The notes beneath the pieces were generated by a model that saw only the letters and a program-made list of their open reading frames with translations, made no database searches and was not told where the DNA came from. DNA of 64,000 nt from NCBI GenBank assembly GCA_963666565.1, contig OY762911.1, positions 3,776,001 to 3,840,000 of the forward strand, in the 5' to 3' direction. The stretch is from Thermoanaerobaculia bacterium (GTDB lineage Bacteria; Acidobacteriota; Thermoanaerobaculia; Multivoradales; Multivoraceae). This document shows positions 36,401 to 45,807 of the stretch, piece after piece. Position 1 is the stretch's first letter. Each line of letters opens with the position of its first letter. Position numbers and translations under genes: made by a program.

Positions 36401-37165
36401 GTGCTCGAGATCCAGACGATTCCCGTCCTGAGCGACAACTACTCCTACGTGCTCCACGACACGGGGAGCGGCAAGACGGCGGTCGTCGACCCGCCGGAGA
36501 CGGGGCCGATCGAGGAGGCGCTCGCCGCCGGCGGCTACGGCATCGACTGGATCGTCATCACCCACCACCACATGGATCACATCGCCGCGGTGCCGGAGCT
36601 CAAGGCGAAGTACGGCTGCCAGGTCGTCGGGCCGGCCGCCGACGAGCACCGGATTCCGGGGCTCGACCTGACCGTGCGCGAAGGGGACACGTTCCGATTC
36701 GGCGACGCCGAAGCGCAGGTCATCGACACGCCAGGCCACACCACCGGCCACATCACGTACTGGTTCGAGGACGACCGGGCCCTCTTCTGCGCGGACGCGC
36801 TGTTCGCCCTGGGCTGCGGCCGGGTGTTCGAGGGCACGATGGAGCAGATGTGGGAGTCGCTGGCCAAGCTGCGAGCGCTGCCGGACGACGCGATCGTGCA
36901 CTGCGGCCACGAGTACACCCTCTCCAACGCGCACTTCGCAGTCACCGTCGATCCCGACAACGAGGAGCTGATGGACCGGGTCGCCGAGATCGAGAAGCTG
37001 CGGCGGAACGGAAAGCCCACGGTGCCCTCGAACCTGGGCGTCGAGAAGCGGACCAACCCCTTCCTGCGGCCCGACGACGCGAGAATCCGCGCGCAACTCG
37101 GGATGGCCGGCGCCACGGACGCCGAGGTCTTCGGCGAGATCCGCACCCGCAAGGACAACTCCTGA
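36401..37165 (+). CDS. gloB: Hydroxyacylglutathione hydrolase (glyoxalase II)
   Basis: DNYSY, THHHMDH, PGHTTGH, GCGRVFEG, CGHEYT, EKRTNPFLR. Confidence 0.92.
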   Translation: MLEIQTIPVLSDNYSYVLHDTGSGKTAVVDPPETGPIEEALAAGGYGIDWIVITHHHMDHIAAVPELKAKYGCQVVGPAADEHRIPGLDLTVREGDTFRFGDAEAQVIDTPGHTTGHITYWFEDDRALFCADALFALGCGRVFEGTMEQMWESLAKLRALPDDAIVHCGHEYTLSNAHFAVTVDPDNEELMDRVAEIEKLRRNGKPTVPSNLGVEKRTNPFLRPDDARIRAQLGMAGATDAEVFGEIRTRKDNS

Positions 37166-37229
37166 CACCCGCCACCGCTGGATGGCCCATGGAACACCTC
37201 CCGTCTTCGTGAATGTAGGGGTCACACGC

Positions 37230-38228
37230 ATGAACGAACAGGAAGCCGCCTGGCTGGCCCGCACCCGGGAAGAGCCGATCGACCCGGATCAGGAGATCTG
37301 CGACCCCCACCACCATCTCTGGGACTACCCGGAATCGCGGTACATGCTGGCGGAACTCCACGGCGACACCGGGGCTGGCCACAACGTGACCTCGACCGTC
37401 TTCGTCGAATGCGCTTCCGGCTACCGGGAGGAAGGCCCCGAAGAGATGCGGGTCGTCGGCGAGACCGAGTTCGTGCTGGAAGTCGCCGAACGTAGCGACG
37501 CTGCGGGTGCTTCGATCGCCGGCATCGTCAGCCACGCGAACATGCTCCTGGGCGATGGCGCCAAGGCGGTTCTCGAAGCCCACATCGAGGCCGGCGGCGG
37601 CCGCTTCCGCGGCATCCGCCATTCCGCCGCGTACGACCCCAGCCCGGACATCCGGGTGTCCCACTCCAAACCGCCGCCGAGCATGCTGCTGAGGGACGAC
37701 TTCCGGCGCGGGTTCGCCTGCCTCGGGCCGCTGGACCTCTCCTTCGACGCCTGGCTCTACCACCCCCAGATCGATGAACTGACCGATCTCGCCCACGCCT
37801 TCCCGGATACCCGGATCGTCCTCGACCACGTCGGCGGGCCGCTCGGTATTGGGCCCTACCAGGGCCGGCGGCGCGAGGTCGAGGCGGCCTGGCGCAAGTC
37901 GATCACCGACCTGGCGCGCTGCGAGAACGTCGTCGTCAAGCTCGGCGGCCTGCCGATGAAGATCTGCGGCTTCGGCTGGCACAAGCAGGACGCGCCGCCG
38001 TCCTCGGCCGAGACCGCGGAGGCCCACCGGCCCTACTACCTCCACTGCATCGACCGCTTCGGCGTCGACCGTTGCATGTTCGAGTCGAACTTCCCGGTCG
38101 ACCGCGCGGGAGGCGCCTACACGCTCCTCTGGAACTCCTTCCAGCGCATCGTGGCGGACTTCTCCGACGACGAGAAGGCAGCGCTGTTCCGGAACACGGC
38201 GCGCAGCGTCTACCGGCTCGACCCCTGA
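37230..38228 (+). CDS. Amidohydrolase_2 family protein
   Basis: DPHHHLW, LDHVG, VKLGG, MFESNFPVD. Confidence 0.9.
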   Translation: MNEQEAAWLARTREEPIDPDQEICDPHHHLWDYPESRYMLAELHGDTGAGHNVTSTVFVECASGYREEGPEEMRVVGETEFVLEVAERSDAAGASIAGIVSHANMLLGDGAKAVLEAHIEAGGGRFRGIRHSAAYDPSPDIRVSHSKPPPSMLLRDDFRRGFACLGPLDLSFDAWLYHPQIDELTDLAHAFPDTRIVLDHVGGPLGIGPYQGRRREVEAAWRKSITDLARCENVVVKLGGLPMKICGFGWHKQDAPPSSAETAEAHRPYYLHCIDRFGVDRCMFESNFPVDRAGGAYTLLWNSFQRIVADFSDDEKAALFRNTARSVYRLDP

Positions 38229-38401
38229 ATCCGGCGGGACGGCCGCACGGGAACGCGATGCGCCACTCCCGGCCTGCGAAGCCGCGCGGCGCCACCTCGC
38301 GCCACCCGCGAACCACCCGGGGCGCCCGCCATCGGGCTTGCGGATGGCACGCGCGCACCCCGGCCGGGTCCGCCGCAACGGGCCGCGCAAGCTGAGGCAG
38401 G

Positions 38402-39451
38402 ATGTCGCGACTCGGCAAGACGCTCGACGAGGTGCGCGGCCTGCTGGCCGATGCGGGCGTCGGTTCCGAGCTGCACGGCGACGGCAGCTTCCTGTGCCGC
38501 TCGGTCGCCTCGCTTGAACGCGCCCGGCCGAACCAGTTGTCCTTCGCCAAGGACGAACGGACCTTGAAGGCGACGAACACCCGCGCTGGCGCGCTCGTCG
38601 TGCCGGCGGCGACGACCCGGCTGCCGGCCCATCAGCTCGCCGTCGAGGATCCGTTCGCCGCGTTCACCGTCATCCTTGGCCACATCGACCGGGAAAGCCG
38701 GCGGGAGAACGCGGGCGTTCATCCGTCGGCCGTCGTGGCGATCAGCGCCTCCATCGGGGCCGGCGTGTCCATCGGCGCCGGCGTCACGGTGCGCGACCGG
38801 GCCGAGGTCGGCGACCGCACCATTCTCCACGCGAACGCCTGCGTCGGCCGGCGCAGCCGCATCGGCGCCGACTGCGTCCTCTTCCCGAACGTCGTCGTCA
38901 TGGAGGACGTGACGCTCGGCGACCGGGTCGTCGTCCACGGCGGCACGGTGATCGGCTGCGACGGCTACGGCTACCTGCAGCGGGAGGGCCGCCACGTCAA
39001 GATTCCCCAGGTCGGCACCGTCGAGATCGGAGACGACGTCGAGATCGGCGCCCAGGTCACGATCGACCGGGCGGCGCTCGACGCGACGGTGATCGGCCGC
39101 GGCGCCAAGCTCGGCGATCTGGTCCACATCGCCCACAACACGATCGTCGGCGAGCACTGCCTGATCCTGCCCCTGGCCAAGACGGCGGGGGGCGCCCGGC
39201 TCGGCGACGGCGTCGTCCTGGCCGGGGGCGCCGGCGCCGCGGACGGTGTGACGGTCGGCGACGGCGCGATGCTCGGCGGCAACACGATCAGCTACCGCGA
39301 CGTGCCCGCCGGCGCCGTCCTGTACGGCGATCCGGCCCGCCCCAAGTCGCACCAGTTGCGCATCCAGGCGGTGCTGAACCGCCTTCCACAGATGGAGCGC
39401 GACCTGCGCGGCCTGCTGCGGCGCAAGGAACGCGGGAGCGAAACGGAGTGA
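38402..39451 (+). CDS. lpxD: UDP-3-O-(3-hydroxyacyl)glucosamine N-acyltransferase
   Basis: Hexapeptide repeats; GCDGYGY, KIPQVG, VEIGAQVTIDR, VHIAHN. Confidence 0.9.
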   Translation: MSRLGKTLDEVRGLLADAGVGSELHGDGSFLCRSVASLERARPNQLSFAKDERTLKATNTRAGALVVPAATTRLPAHQLAVEDPFAAFTVILGHIDRESRRENAGVHPSAVVAISASIGAGVSIGAGVTVRDRAEVGDRTILHANACVGRRSRIGADCVLFPNVVVMEDVTLGDRVVVHGGTVIGCDGYGYLQREGRHVKIPQVGTVEIGDDVEIGAQVTIDRAALDATVIGRGAKLGDLVHIAHNTIVGEHCLILPLAKTAGGARLGDGVVLAGGAGAADGVTVGDGAMLGGNTISYRDVPAGAVLYGDPARPKSHQLRIQAVLNRLPQMERDLRGLLRRKERGSETE

Positions 39452-39533
39452 AGAGGACGAGGTGAGCCGGCGCCTGGCGTGCCGGTCCCGGAGCGGGAGG
39501 CATAAGCTAGGACGCCCTGCCCGGAGCCCCACC

Positions 39534-42194
39534 GTGCACAGCCGCGTCCTCATTCGAGCCTTCCTGATCGCAGCCGTCGCGCTCTTCCTCGTCGGCGACA
39601 CCGCGTCGGCGGCCAAGAAGAAGAAACGTCCGCCCTGCCAGGACGGCAGCCAGCCCGCGGTCGAGAACCTGCCGTCCCAGCACCGGCAATGGGCCGAGGA
39701 AGTCTCCCTGCTGCTCAGCGACGAGGAGCTCCACTCCTTCCTCTGCCTGTCCCAGGACTACCAGCGCGACGCCTTCATCGACGAGTTCTGGAAGGCGCGC
39801 GATCCCTACCCGGATACGGCCCGCAACGAGTTCCGGGAACACTGGAGCGAGCGGCTGGCCATGGTCCGCCAGTTGTTCGAGAACACGGACGACGAGCGGG
39901 CGCGCTACTACCTGCTGAACGGGCCGCCCGGCGTCCACGTGGAGATCTGCCCCAGGCGATCGGCGACGAGCATCGAGGCCTGGTTCTACGGTTTCGAGGA
40001 CTTGAGCCAGGTGATGGGCGCGATCTTCTCCCGCCGGCTCCGGCACGACCAGTACGCGGTCATCTTCTACCGGCGGCTCGGGGTTGGCCCCTGGCGGGCG
40101 TGGTACCCGAGCGAGGAACTCAGCCTCTCGGCCCTCCAGCCTGGAGGCCGCCTCGACCTGCCCGGCGCCGGAATCGGCGGTCTCCGCAGGGAGGACCTGG
40201 GCGCCGGCTGCAAGGAGGAGGAACTCGGATACGCGCTCCAGATCATCCAGATCCTGAACGACTGGGGCGGCATGCTCGGCTTCTTCTATGAGCGGATGAT
40301 CGGCGAGAAACTGGAGCCGATCGAGGCGCCGTCCGACGAGTGGCTGCGCACGTTCGAGTCCTACTCGACCGACCTGCCCTCGGGCGCGCCGCAACTGGCC
40401 GCCGCGCTCGATGTCTCCTTCCCGGGCCGCAAGGAGAGCCGGACCGTGGTCCAGACCCTGGTCCGGGTCGAGCCGGATGGCGCCGCCCTCGCCGACCTCG
40501 CCGGCGCCCGCTCCTATGCCTTCGAGCTGATCGGAGAGGTTCTGCGGGCGGACGCGGACACCGGCGCCGACCGCCTGTTCGAGAGCTTCCGCTACCGATT
40601 CGAGTTTCCGGTCGAGAGCGGCGAGGCGACCGGCGAAACGCAACCGGCCATGCCCCTCGTCGCCCAGCGCTACCTGCGCCCCGGCGAGTACAAGCTGATC
40701 CTGCGCGTAGACGACCTGAACGGCGACGCGGTGTGGCGCCACGCCGAACCGCTCGAAGTGCCGAGGGTTGAAGAGGCCGCCGGCTGGACGGAGGCCGACC
40801 TGGAACCGATCTTCGCCGAGGCGAACCGTTCGCTGGCCTCCGGCGAGCCGACGATCCGCATCATTCCGCCGGGCGGCGAACTCGTCTCCGGCTACCTCCG
40901 CTTCGACACGGCGGTCACCGGGCCGATCGACCGGGTTCGCTTCACGCTGGACGACAAGGACCTGTTCACGACGAAGCGGGCGCCCTACAGCGTCGACGTG
41001 CGGTTGGGCGAACTGCCCCGCAGCCAGATGCTGCGGGCGATCGCCTACGATGCGGAACGCAACCAGATCGCAAGCGACTCCTATCTGATCAACGGCTCGC
41101 CGCACCGCTTCGACGTTCGGATCATCGAGCCGATCCCCGGCAACGAGTACAGCGCCAGCGTCCGCCTGCGGGCGCAGGTCACCGTACCCGAGGGCCGCAG
41201 CCTGGAGGAGCTCCAGGTCTTCCGCAACGCCGACCAGGTGGCGACGCTCTACGAGGAACCCTTCACCGTCCCGGTCGAACTGCCCGGCGGTCGGGAACTC
41301 ACGATCATCCGGATCGTGGGCAAGCTGCTCGACGCCGAAGGACCGGCGGCCTTCGTCGAGGACACGGCGATCATCAACGGGCCGGCGACCCTGGAGGAGG
41401 TCCAGGTCGACTTCGTCGAGCTCTACACGACCGTCGACGACCGAGACCGGCGGCCGCTGCTCGACCTCGGCCGGGACGCCTTCCAGGTTCTGGAAGACGG
41501 CGTCGCCCAGGAGATCCTGCGCTTCGAGCGGGTCGACGACACGCCGCTCGTCGGCACCATCCTGCTCGATGTCTCGGCCTCGATGGAGGAACGGCTTGCG
41601 GAGTCCGTCAAGGCGGCCGCCGACTTCTTCCAGCAGGTGATCACCGAGCGCGACGAGCTCTCGATCGTCACGTTCAACGACCGGCCGCACCTTGCGTCGC
41701 CCTTCACCCGCGACCGGATCGAGTTCGCGAAGGGTCTGATGGGGCTTCGCGCCGAACGCGGCACGGCGCTCTACGACAGCCTCATCTTCACCCTGTACCA
41801 CCTGAACGGTCTGCCAGGCCAACGCGCCGTGCTCCTGCTCTCCGACGGCGTCGACGAACACAGCCGCTACGACCTAGACGACGCGCTGGAGTACGCCCGC
41901 CGTTCCGAGGCGGCCATCTACGCGATCGGCTTGGCGCTGCCGAAGAAGGCGAAGGAAAGCCCGAAGAAGGTGCTGGAACAGTTGGCGCTGGAGACCGGCG
42001 GCCGCGCCTTCTTCGTGGAGAACACAAGCGAACTCGCCGCCGTCTACGACCGGATCGGCCTCGAGCTGCGCTCGAAGTACTTCCTCGCCTACCAGTCGTC
42101 CAGCACCGCGCCCTCGGACGCGTTCCGCCGGGTCGAGGTCGTGGTCGACGAGAGAGGCGCCAGGGCGCGGACGATCCGCGGCTACTACCCGTAG
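39534..42194 (+). CDS. Secreted GWxTD-like + two Ig-like + VWA domain protein
   Basis: Signal peptide; FIDEFWKARDP..NEFRE..ERARYYLLNGPP (GWxTD-like domain); MIDAS DVSAS, GTALYD, LSDG. Confidence 0.82.
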   Translation: MHSRVLIRAFLIAAVALFLVGDTASAAKKKKRPPCQDGSQPAVENLPSQHRQWAEEVSLLLSDEELHSFLCLSQDYQRDAFIDEFWKARDPYPDTARNEFREHWSERLAMVRQLFENTDDERARYYLLNGPPGVHVEICPRRSATSIEAWFYGFEDLSQVMGAIFSRRLRHDQYAVIFYRRLGVGPWRAWYPSEELSLSALQPGGRLDLPGAGIGGLRREDLGAGCKEEELGYALQIIQILNDWGGMLGFFYERMIGEKLEPIEAPSDEWLRTFESYSTDLPSGAPQLAAALDVSFPGRKESRTVVQTLVRVEPDGAALADLAGARSYAFELIGEVLRADADTGADRLFESFRYRFEFPVESGEATGETQPAMPLVAQRYLRPGEYKLILRVDDLNGDAVWRHAEPLEVPRVEEAAGWTEADLEPIFAEANRSLASGEPTIRIIPPGGELVSGYLRFDTAVTGPIDRVRFTLDDKDLFTTKRAPYSVDVRLGELPRSQMLRAIAYDAERNQIASDSYLINGSPHRFDVRIIEPIPGNEYSASVRLRAQVTVPEGRSLEELQVFRNADQVATLYEEPFTVPVELPGGRELTIIRIVGKLLDAEGPAAFVEDTAIINGPATLEEVQVDFVELYTTVDDRDRRPLLDLGRDAFQVLEDGVAQEILRFERVDDTPLVGTILLDVSASMEERLAESVKAAADFFQQVITERDELSIVTFNDRPHLASPFTRDRIEFAKGLMGLRAERGTALYDSLIFTLYHLNGLPGQRAVLLLSDGVDEHSRYDLDDALEYARRSEAAIYAIGLALPKKAKESPKKVLEQLALETGGRAFFVENTSELAAVYDRIGLELRSKYFLAYQSSSTAPSDAFRRVEVVVDERGARARTIRGYYP

Positions 42195-42226
42195 ACTCGG
42201 GGGATCGTGCCGCGCGAGAGCCCGAG

Positions 42227-42814
42227 ATGAACCGGACCCGCTGCGCCTGGGTGAACGAAGACCCTCTCTATGTCGCCTACCACGACGAGGAGTGGGGCGT
42301 TCCCGTCCGCGACGACCGCCAGCTCTACGAGATGCTGGTTCTGGAGGGCGCGCAGGCCGGCCTGAGCTGGTACACGATCCTCAGGAAGCGCGAGACGTAC
42401 CGGCTCGCGTTCGATGGGTTCGATCCGGAACGCGTGGCGCGCTACGGCGACGAGAAGATCGCCTCGCTGCTCGAGGACCCGGGAATCGTCCGCAACCGCC
42501 TCAAGGTGCGTGCCGCCATCGGCAACGCCCGCGCGTGGCTGGACCTCCGCGAGTCGGGCGTGGACTTCTCGGACTTCCTGTGGGACTTCACCGGCGGCGA
42601 GCCCGTCGTCAACTCCTGGCGCCGGCTCGAAGACACTCCCGCCTCGACGCCGGCCTCCGAGGCCATGAGCAAGGCGCTCAAGGTACGTGGCTTCCGCTTC
42701 GTCGGCCCCACCATCTGCTACGCCTTCATGCAGGCGGTCGGGATGGTGAACGACCACGTGACGACGTGCTTCCGGTGGCAGGAGTGCGGAGACCTGGGCG
42801 AAGACGCGCGGTAG
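42227..42814 (+). CDS. tag: DNA-3-methyladenine glycosylase I
   Basis: RCAW, YHDEEWG, LEGAQAGLSW, IVRNRLK, FVGPT..MQAVGMVNDH..C. Confidence 0.95.
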   Translation: MNRTRCAWVNEDPLYVAYHDEEWGVPVRDDRQLYEMLVLEGAQAGLSWYTILRKRETYRLAFDGFDPERVARYGDEKIASLLEDPGIVRNRLKVRAAIGNARAWLDLRESGVDFSDFLWDFTGGEPVVNSWRRLEDTPASTPASEAMSKALKVRGFRFVGPTICYAFMQAVGMVNDHVTTCFRWQECGDLGEDAR

Positions 42815-42902
42815 CCGGCTTGGATTCCCCGGCGCAGGCGCCGGCCCTGTGGTTCGCGGCGGCCGTCAACAGGACGAGGATGCCGTCGATACCGAGCCAA
42901 TC

Positions 42903-42981
42903 CTGCCGCTGAGAGACTGCCGAATCTGCCGTTGAAAGACCGCCGTTTCTGCCGTTGAAAGACCGCCGTTTCTGCCGTTGA
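42903..42981 (+). repeat. Tandem 23-bp direct repeat (~3.4 units) upstream of the AAA/DUF4143 gene
   Basis: ctgccgctgagagactgccgaat, ctgccgttgaaagaccgccgttt, ctgccgttgaaagaccgccgttt, ctgccgttga. Confidence 0.92.
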
Positions 42982-43050
42982 CGGCTTCCCGGAAGCCTCC
43001 GAAGCTGGTACATTCCGACCGTCGTCAACGGTCGAAGCCATGGCGGACAG

Positions 43051-44301
43051 ATGACTTACCGGCACAGAATCCTGGAACGCGAACTGACCGCGCAGCTCGA
43101 GTCGATCGGAGCGGTCGTCCTGGAAGGAACCAGGGCCTGCGGCAAGACGACGACGGCTCGGCAGGTCGCGGCCAGCGAGGTCCTCCTCGACGTCGACGAC
43201 GAGGCGCGGCGGCTGGCCGGGCTCGAGCCGGCCCGCATCCTGATCGGCGAGACGCCGCGCCTGATCGACGAGTGGCAACTGGCGCCGGCCGTCTGGAATC
43301 ATGTCCGAAGGGCCATCGACGACCGTCGTCTTCCCGGACAGTTCATTCTCACCGGGTCGGCCGTGCCGGCCGACGACGCGATCCGCCACTCGGGCGCCGG
43401 GCGCCTGACCCGACTGCGCATGCGCCCGCTTTCCCTCTTCGAACTGAATCGTTCGTCCGGCGAAGTCTCTCTGGCGGGCCTGCTCGACGGGCGGCGCGCC
43501 GAAGCGGCCAGAACGACGTTGCCGCTCGATCGCCTGGCGGAACTGATCTGCGTCGGCGGGTGGCCGGCGAATCTGGGCCGAGCGATGAAAACCGCGCTGC
43601 GCGCGAACACGGACTACCTCGACGAAGTCCGCCGCCTGGACATCACGGCGCCCGACGGGAAGAACCGGGATCCGGTACGGGTGGGGATGCTGCTGCGCTC
43701 CCTGGCAAGGAACACCGCGACCCCCGCGACGGTCGCGACCATGGCCGCCGACACGGGCGCCGGCGAGGCCGCGATCAAGCCGCACACCGCAACGGAGTAC
43801 CTGGTCGCGCTGGAACGGATCATGCTGCTCGAAAACCAGCTCGCCTGGCCTACCCATCTGCGCTCGCGGTCGGTTCTCAGAACCACACCGATACGGCACT
43901 TGGCCGATCCGTCGCTCGCGGCGGCAGCGCTGCGCGCAACCCCTGCCCGGCTGGTCCGGGATCTCGAATTCCTGGGTCTGCTCTTCGAGTCCATGGTCGT
44001 GCGCGACCTGCGCGTCTACGCCCAGGCAACCGACGCGGAGGTGTTCCACTACCGGGAGAAGAGCGGCCTCGAGGTCGACGCAATCGTCCAGGCCAACGAC
44101 GGCAGCTGGGCGGCCTTCGAGGTCAAGCTGGGCGAAGGAAGAACGAACCAGGCCGCCCGAAATCTCCTGAGGCTCGCGGCGAAGGTGGACCAGGATCGCA
44201 TGGGGCCGCCCGCCGCGCTGGGCGTGATCACGAGCAGCGGTTACGGCTACACCCGCGAAGACGGGGTGGCAGTGATCCCGGTAGGAGCGCTGGGTCCGTG
44301 A
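43051..44301 (+). CDS. AAA+ ATPase (AAA_14) with DUF4143 and C-terminal PD-(D/E)xK-like motif
   Basis: Walker A GTRACGKTT, Walker B LIDEWQ, ILTGS, GGWP, LFESMV, EVDAIV..FEVK. Confidence 0.9.
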   Translation: MTYRHRILERELTAQLESIGAVVLEGTRACGKTTTARQVAASEVLLDVDDEARRLAGLEPARILIGETPRLIDEWQLAPAVWNHVRRAIDDRRLPGQFILTGSAVPADDAIRHSGAGRLTRLRMRPLSLFELNRSSGEVSLAGLLDGRRAEAARTTLPLDRLAELICVGGWPANLGRAMKTALRANTDYLDEVRRLDITAPDGKNRDPVRVGMLLRSLARNTATPATVATMAADTGAGEAAIKPHTATEYLVALERIMLLENQLAWPTHLRSRSVLRTTPIRHLADPSLAAAALRATPARLVRDLEFLGLLFESMVVRDLRVYAQATDAEVFHYREKSGLEVDAIVQANDGSWAAFEVKLGEGRTNQAARNLLRLAAKVDQDRMGPPAALGVITSSGYGYTREDGVAVIPVGALGP

Positions 44302-45581
44302 CCGCCGCGGCGTGGCTGGATCCGCCGATGACCGTCCGTTTCGCCGCCCCGGCACTGCTGTTGGCGGCCGCGGCGGTCCATGCCTCCGACTGGCCGCAGT
44401 TCCGGGGGCCGACCGGGCAGGGGCATGCGCCGGACGGCCCGGTGCCGTTGACCTGGAGCGAGACGGAGAACGTCGCCTGGAAGGCGCCGGTACCGGGACG
44501 GGGCTGGTCTTCGCCGGTGATCGCCGACGGCCTGGTGTGGCTGACGACGGCGGTTACCGACCGCGAGGCCGGCACATCGCTGCGACTGCTGGCTTACGAC
44601 GCGGGCCGGGGCGAGGCCGCGATGGATGTCGAGGTCTTTGCCATTTCCGACACCACTTTGCTCAACCAGAAGAACAGCTTCGCCTCGCCGACGCCGGCGA
44701 TCGACCCGGGCGGCCAGCGGGTCTACGTCCACTTCGGGGCCCAGGGCACGGCGGCGGTCGCCGCGGGCGGCGAGTCGGCCGGCGAAGTTCTCTGGCGAAC
44801 GCGCTTTCCCTACACGTCGCAGCACGGGAACGGCGGTTCGCCCATTCTCCACGACGGGTTGCTGATCGTGAGCATCGACGGCTACGACACCGCGTACCTC
44901 GTCGCGGTCGATGCCGCCACCGGCAAGGAACGCTGGCGGTCGGTGCGGCAGGCGCCGATCTCGCAGGCCTACTCCACGCCGCTCACAATCCGGGTCGAGA
45001 ATGGCGAGCAGGCGGAGCAGATCGTCAACGTCAGCGCCTTCCGCGCCTCGGCGCACGAGCCGGCGACCGGCCGCGAGATCTGGCGGGTCGAGTACCCGGG
45101 CGGCTTCTCCAACGTCTCCCGACCCGTGTACGGCCACGGGCTCGTCTACCTCTCGACCGGCTTCAACGAACCGCTCCTTCTCGCCGTCCGCCCCACCGGC
45201 ACGGGCGACGTCACGAACTCGGAAGTCGCCTGGCGGTTGCGCCGCGGAGCGCCGCTCACCGTGTCGCCGCTTCTCGTCGGCGACGCGCTCTACACGGTTA
45301 CCGACAACGGGATCACCACCTGCATCGACGCGCTCACCGGCGAGATCCGCTGGCAGCACCGGCTCGGCGGCAACCACTCCGCCTCGCCGATCCATGCCGG
45401 CGGCCGGATCTACTTTCAGAACGAGGAGGGCGTCACGACCGTCATCGCGCCCGACGCCGAGTTCGAGCAACTCGCCCGCAACGAACTCGACGGCGCAACC
45501 CTCGCCTCGATAGCCGTCTCAGGCGGAGCGTTCTTCATCCGCACGGGCTCGCACCTCTACCGGGTCGAGCAGCCGCCGTAA
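44298..45581 (+). CDS. Exported PQQ-like (BamB-like) beta-propeller protein
   Basis: Signal peptide then DWPQFRGP, GWSSPV, SFASPTP; start 44298 (GTG, overlaps the previous stop) or 44328. Confidence 0.85.
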   Translation: MTAAAWLDPPMTVRFAAPALLLAAAAVHASDWPQFRGPTGQGHAPDGPVPLTWSETENVAWKAPVPGRGWSSPVIADGLVWLTTAVTDREAGTSLRLLAYDAGRGEAAMDVEVFAISDTTLLNQKNSFASPTPAIDPGGQRVYVHFGAQGTAAVAAGGESAGEVLWRTRFPYTSQHGNGGSPILHDGLLIVSIDGYDTAYLVAVDAATGKERWRSVRQAPISQAYSTPLTIRVENGEQAEQIVNVSAFRASAHEPATGREIWRVEYPGGFSNVSRPVYGHGLVYLSTGFNEPLLLAVRPTGTGDVTNSEVAWRLRRGAPLTVSPLLVGDALYTVTDNGITTCIDALTGEIRWQHRLGGNHSASPIHAGGRIYFQNEEGVTTVIAPDAEFEQLARNELDGATLASIAVSGGAFFIRTGSHLYRVEQPP

Positions 45582-45807
45582 CCTCATGCTGGTGCTGTAA
45601 CCTCCCGCTGATGCCGAAGACGACCTCTTCACGATCCAACACGAGCCATCGGGCGGACGGCGAGCAGATTCCCGAGGCCCGTCCTGGCCCGGCTAAGCAG
45701 CTTCCCGAAAGGAACCGAACGACATTCGGGGCGGCGCCGGACGCCACGGTTCCCAGCCGGACCGAATGGGACAGGCGGGAAGCACGGCTGTGGCGAAGGA
45801 GCCCGAG

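Noticed and set aside
42903-42981. Possible mini CRISPR array
   Set aside because: Units are directly adjacent with no spacers, and there are no cas genes
42978-45581. 867-aa ORF as a single gene
   Set aside because: Its first half is an alternate frame of the DUF4143 gene; the real propeller gene starts at 44298 or 44328
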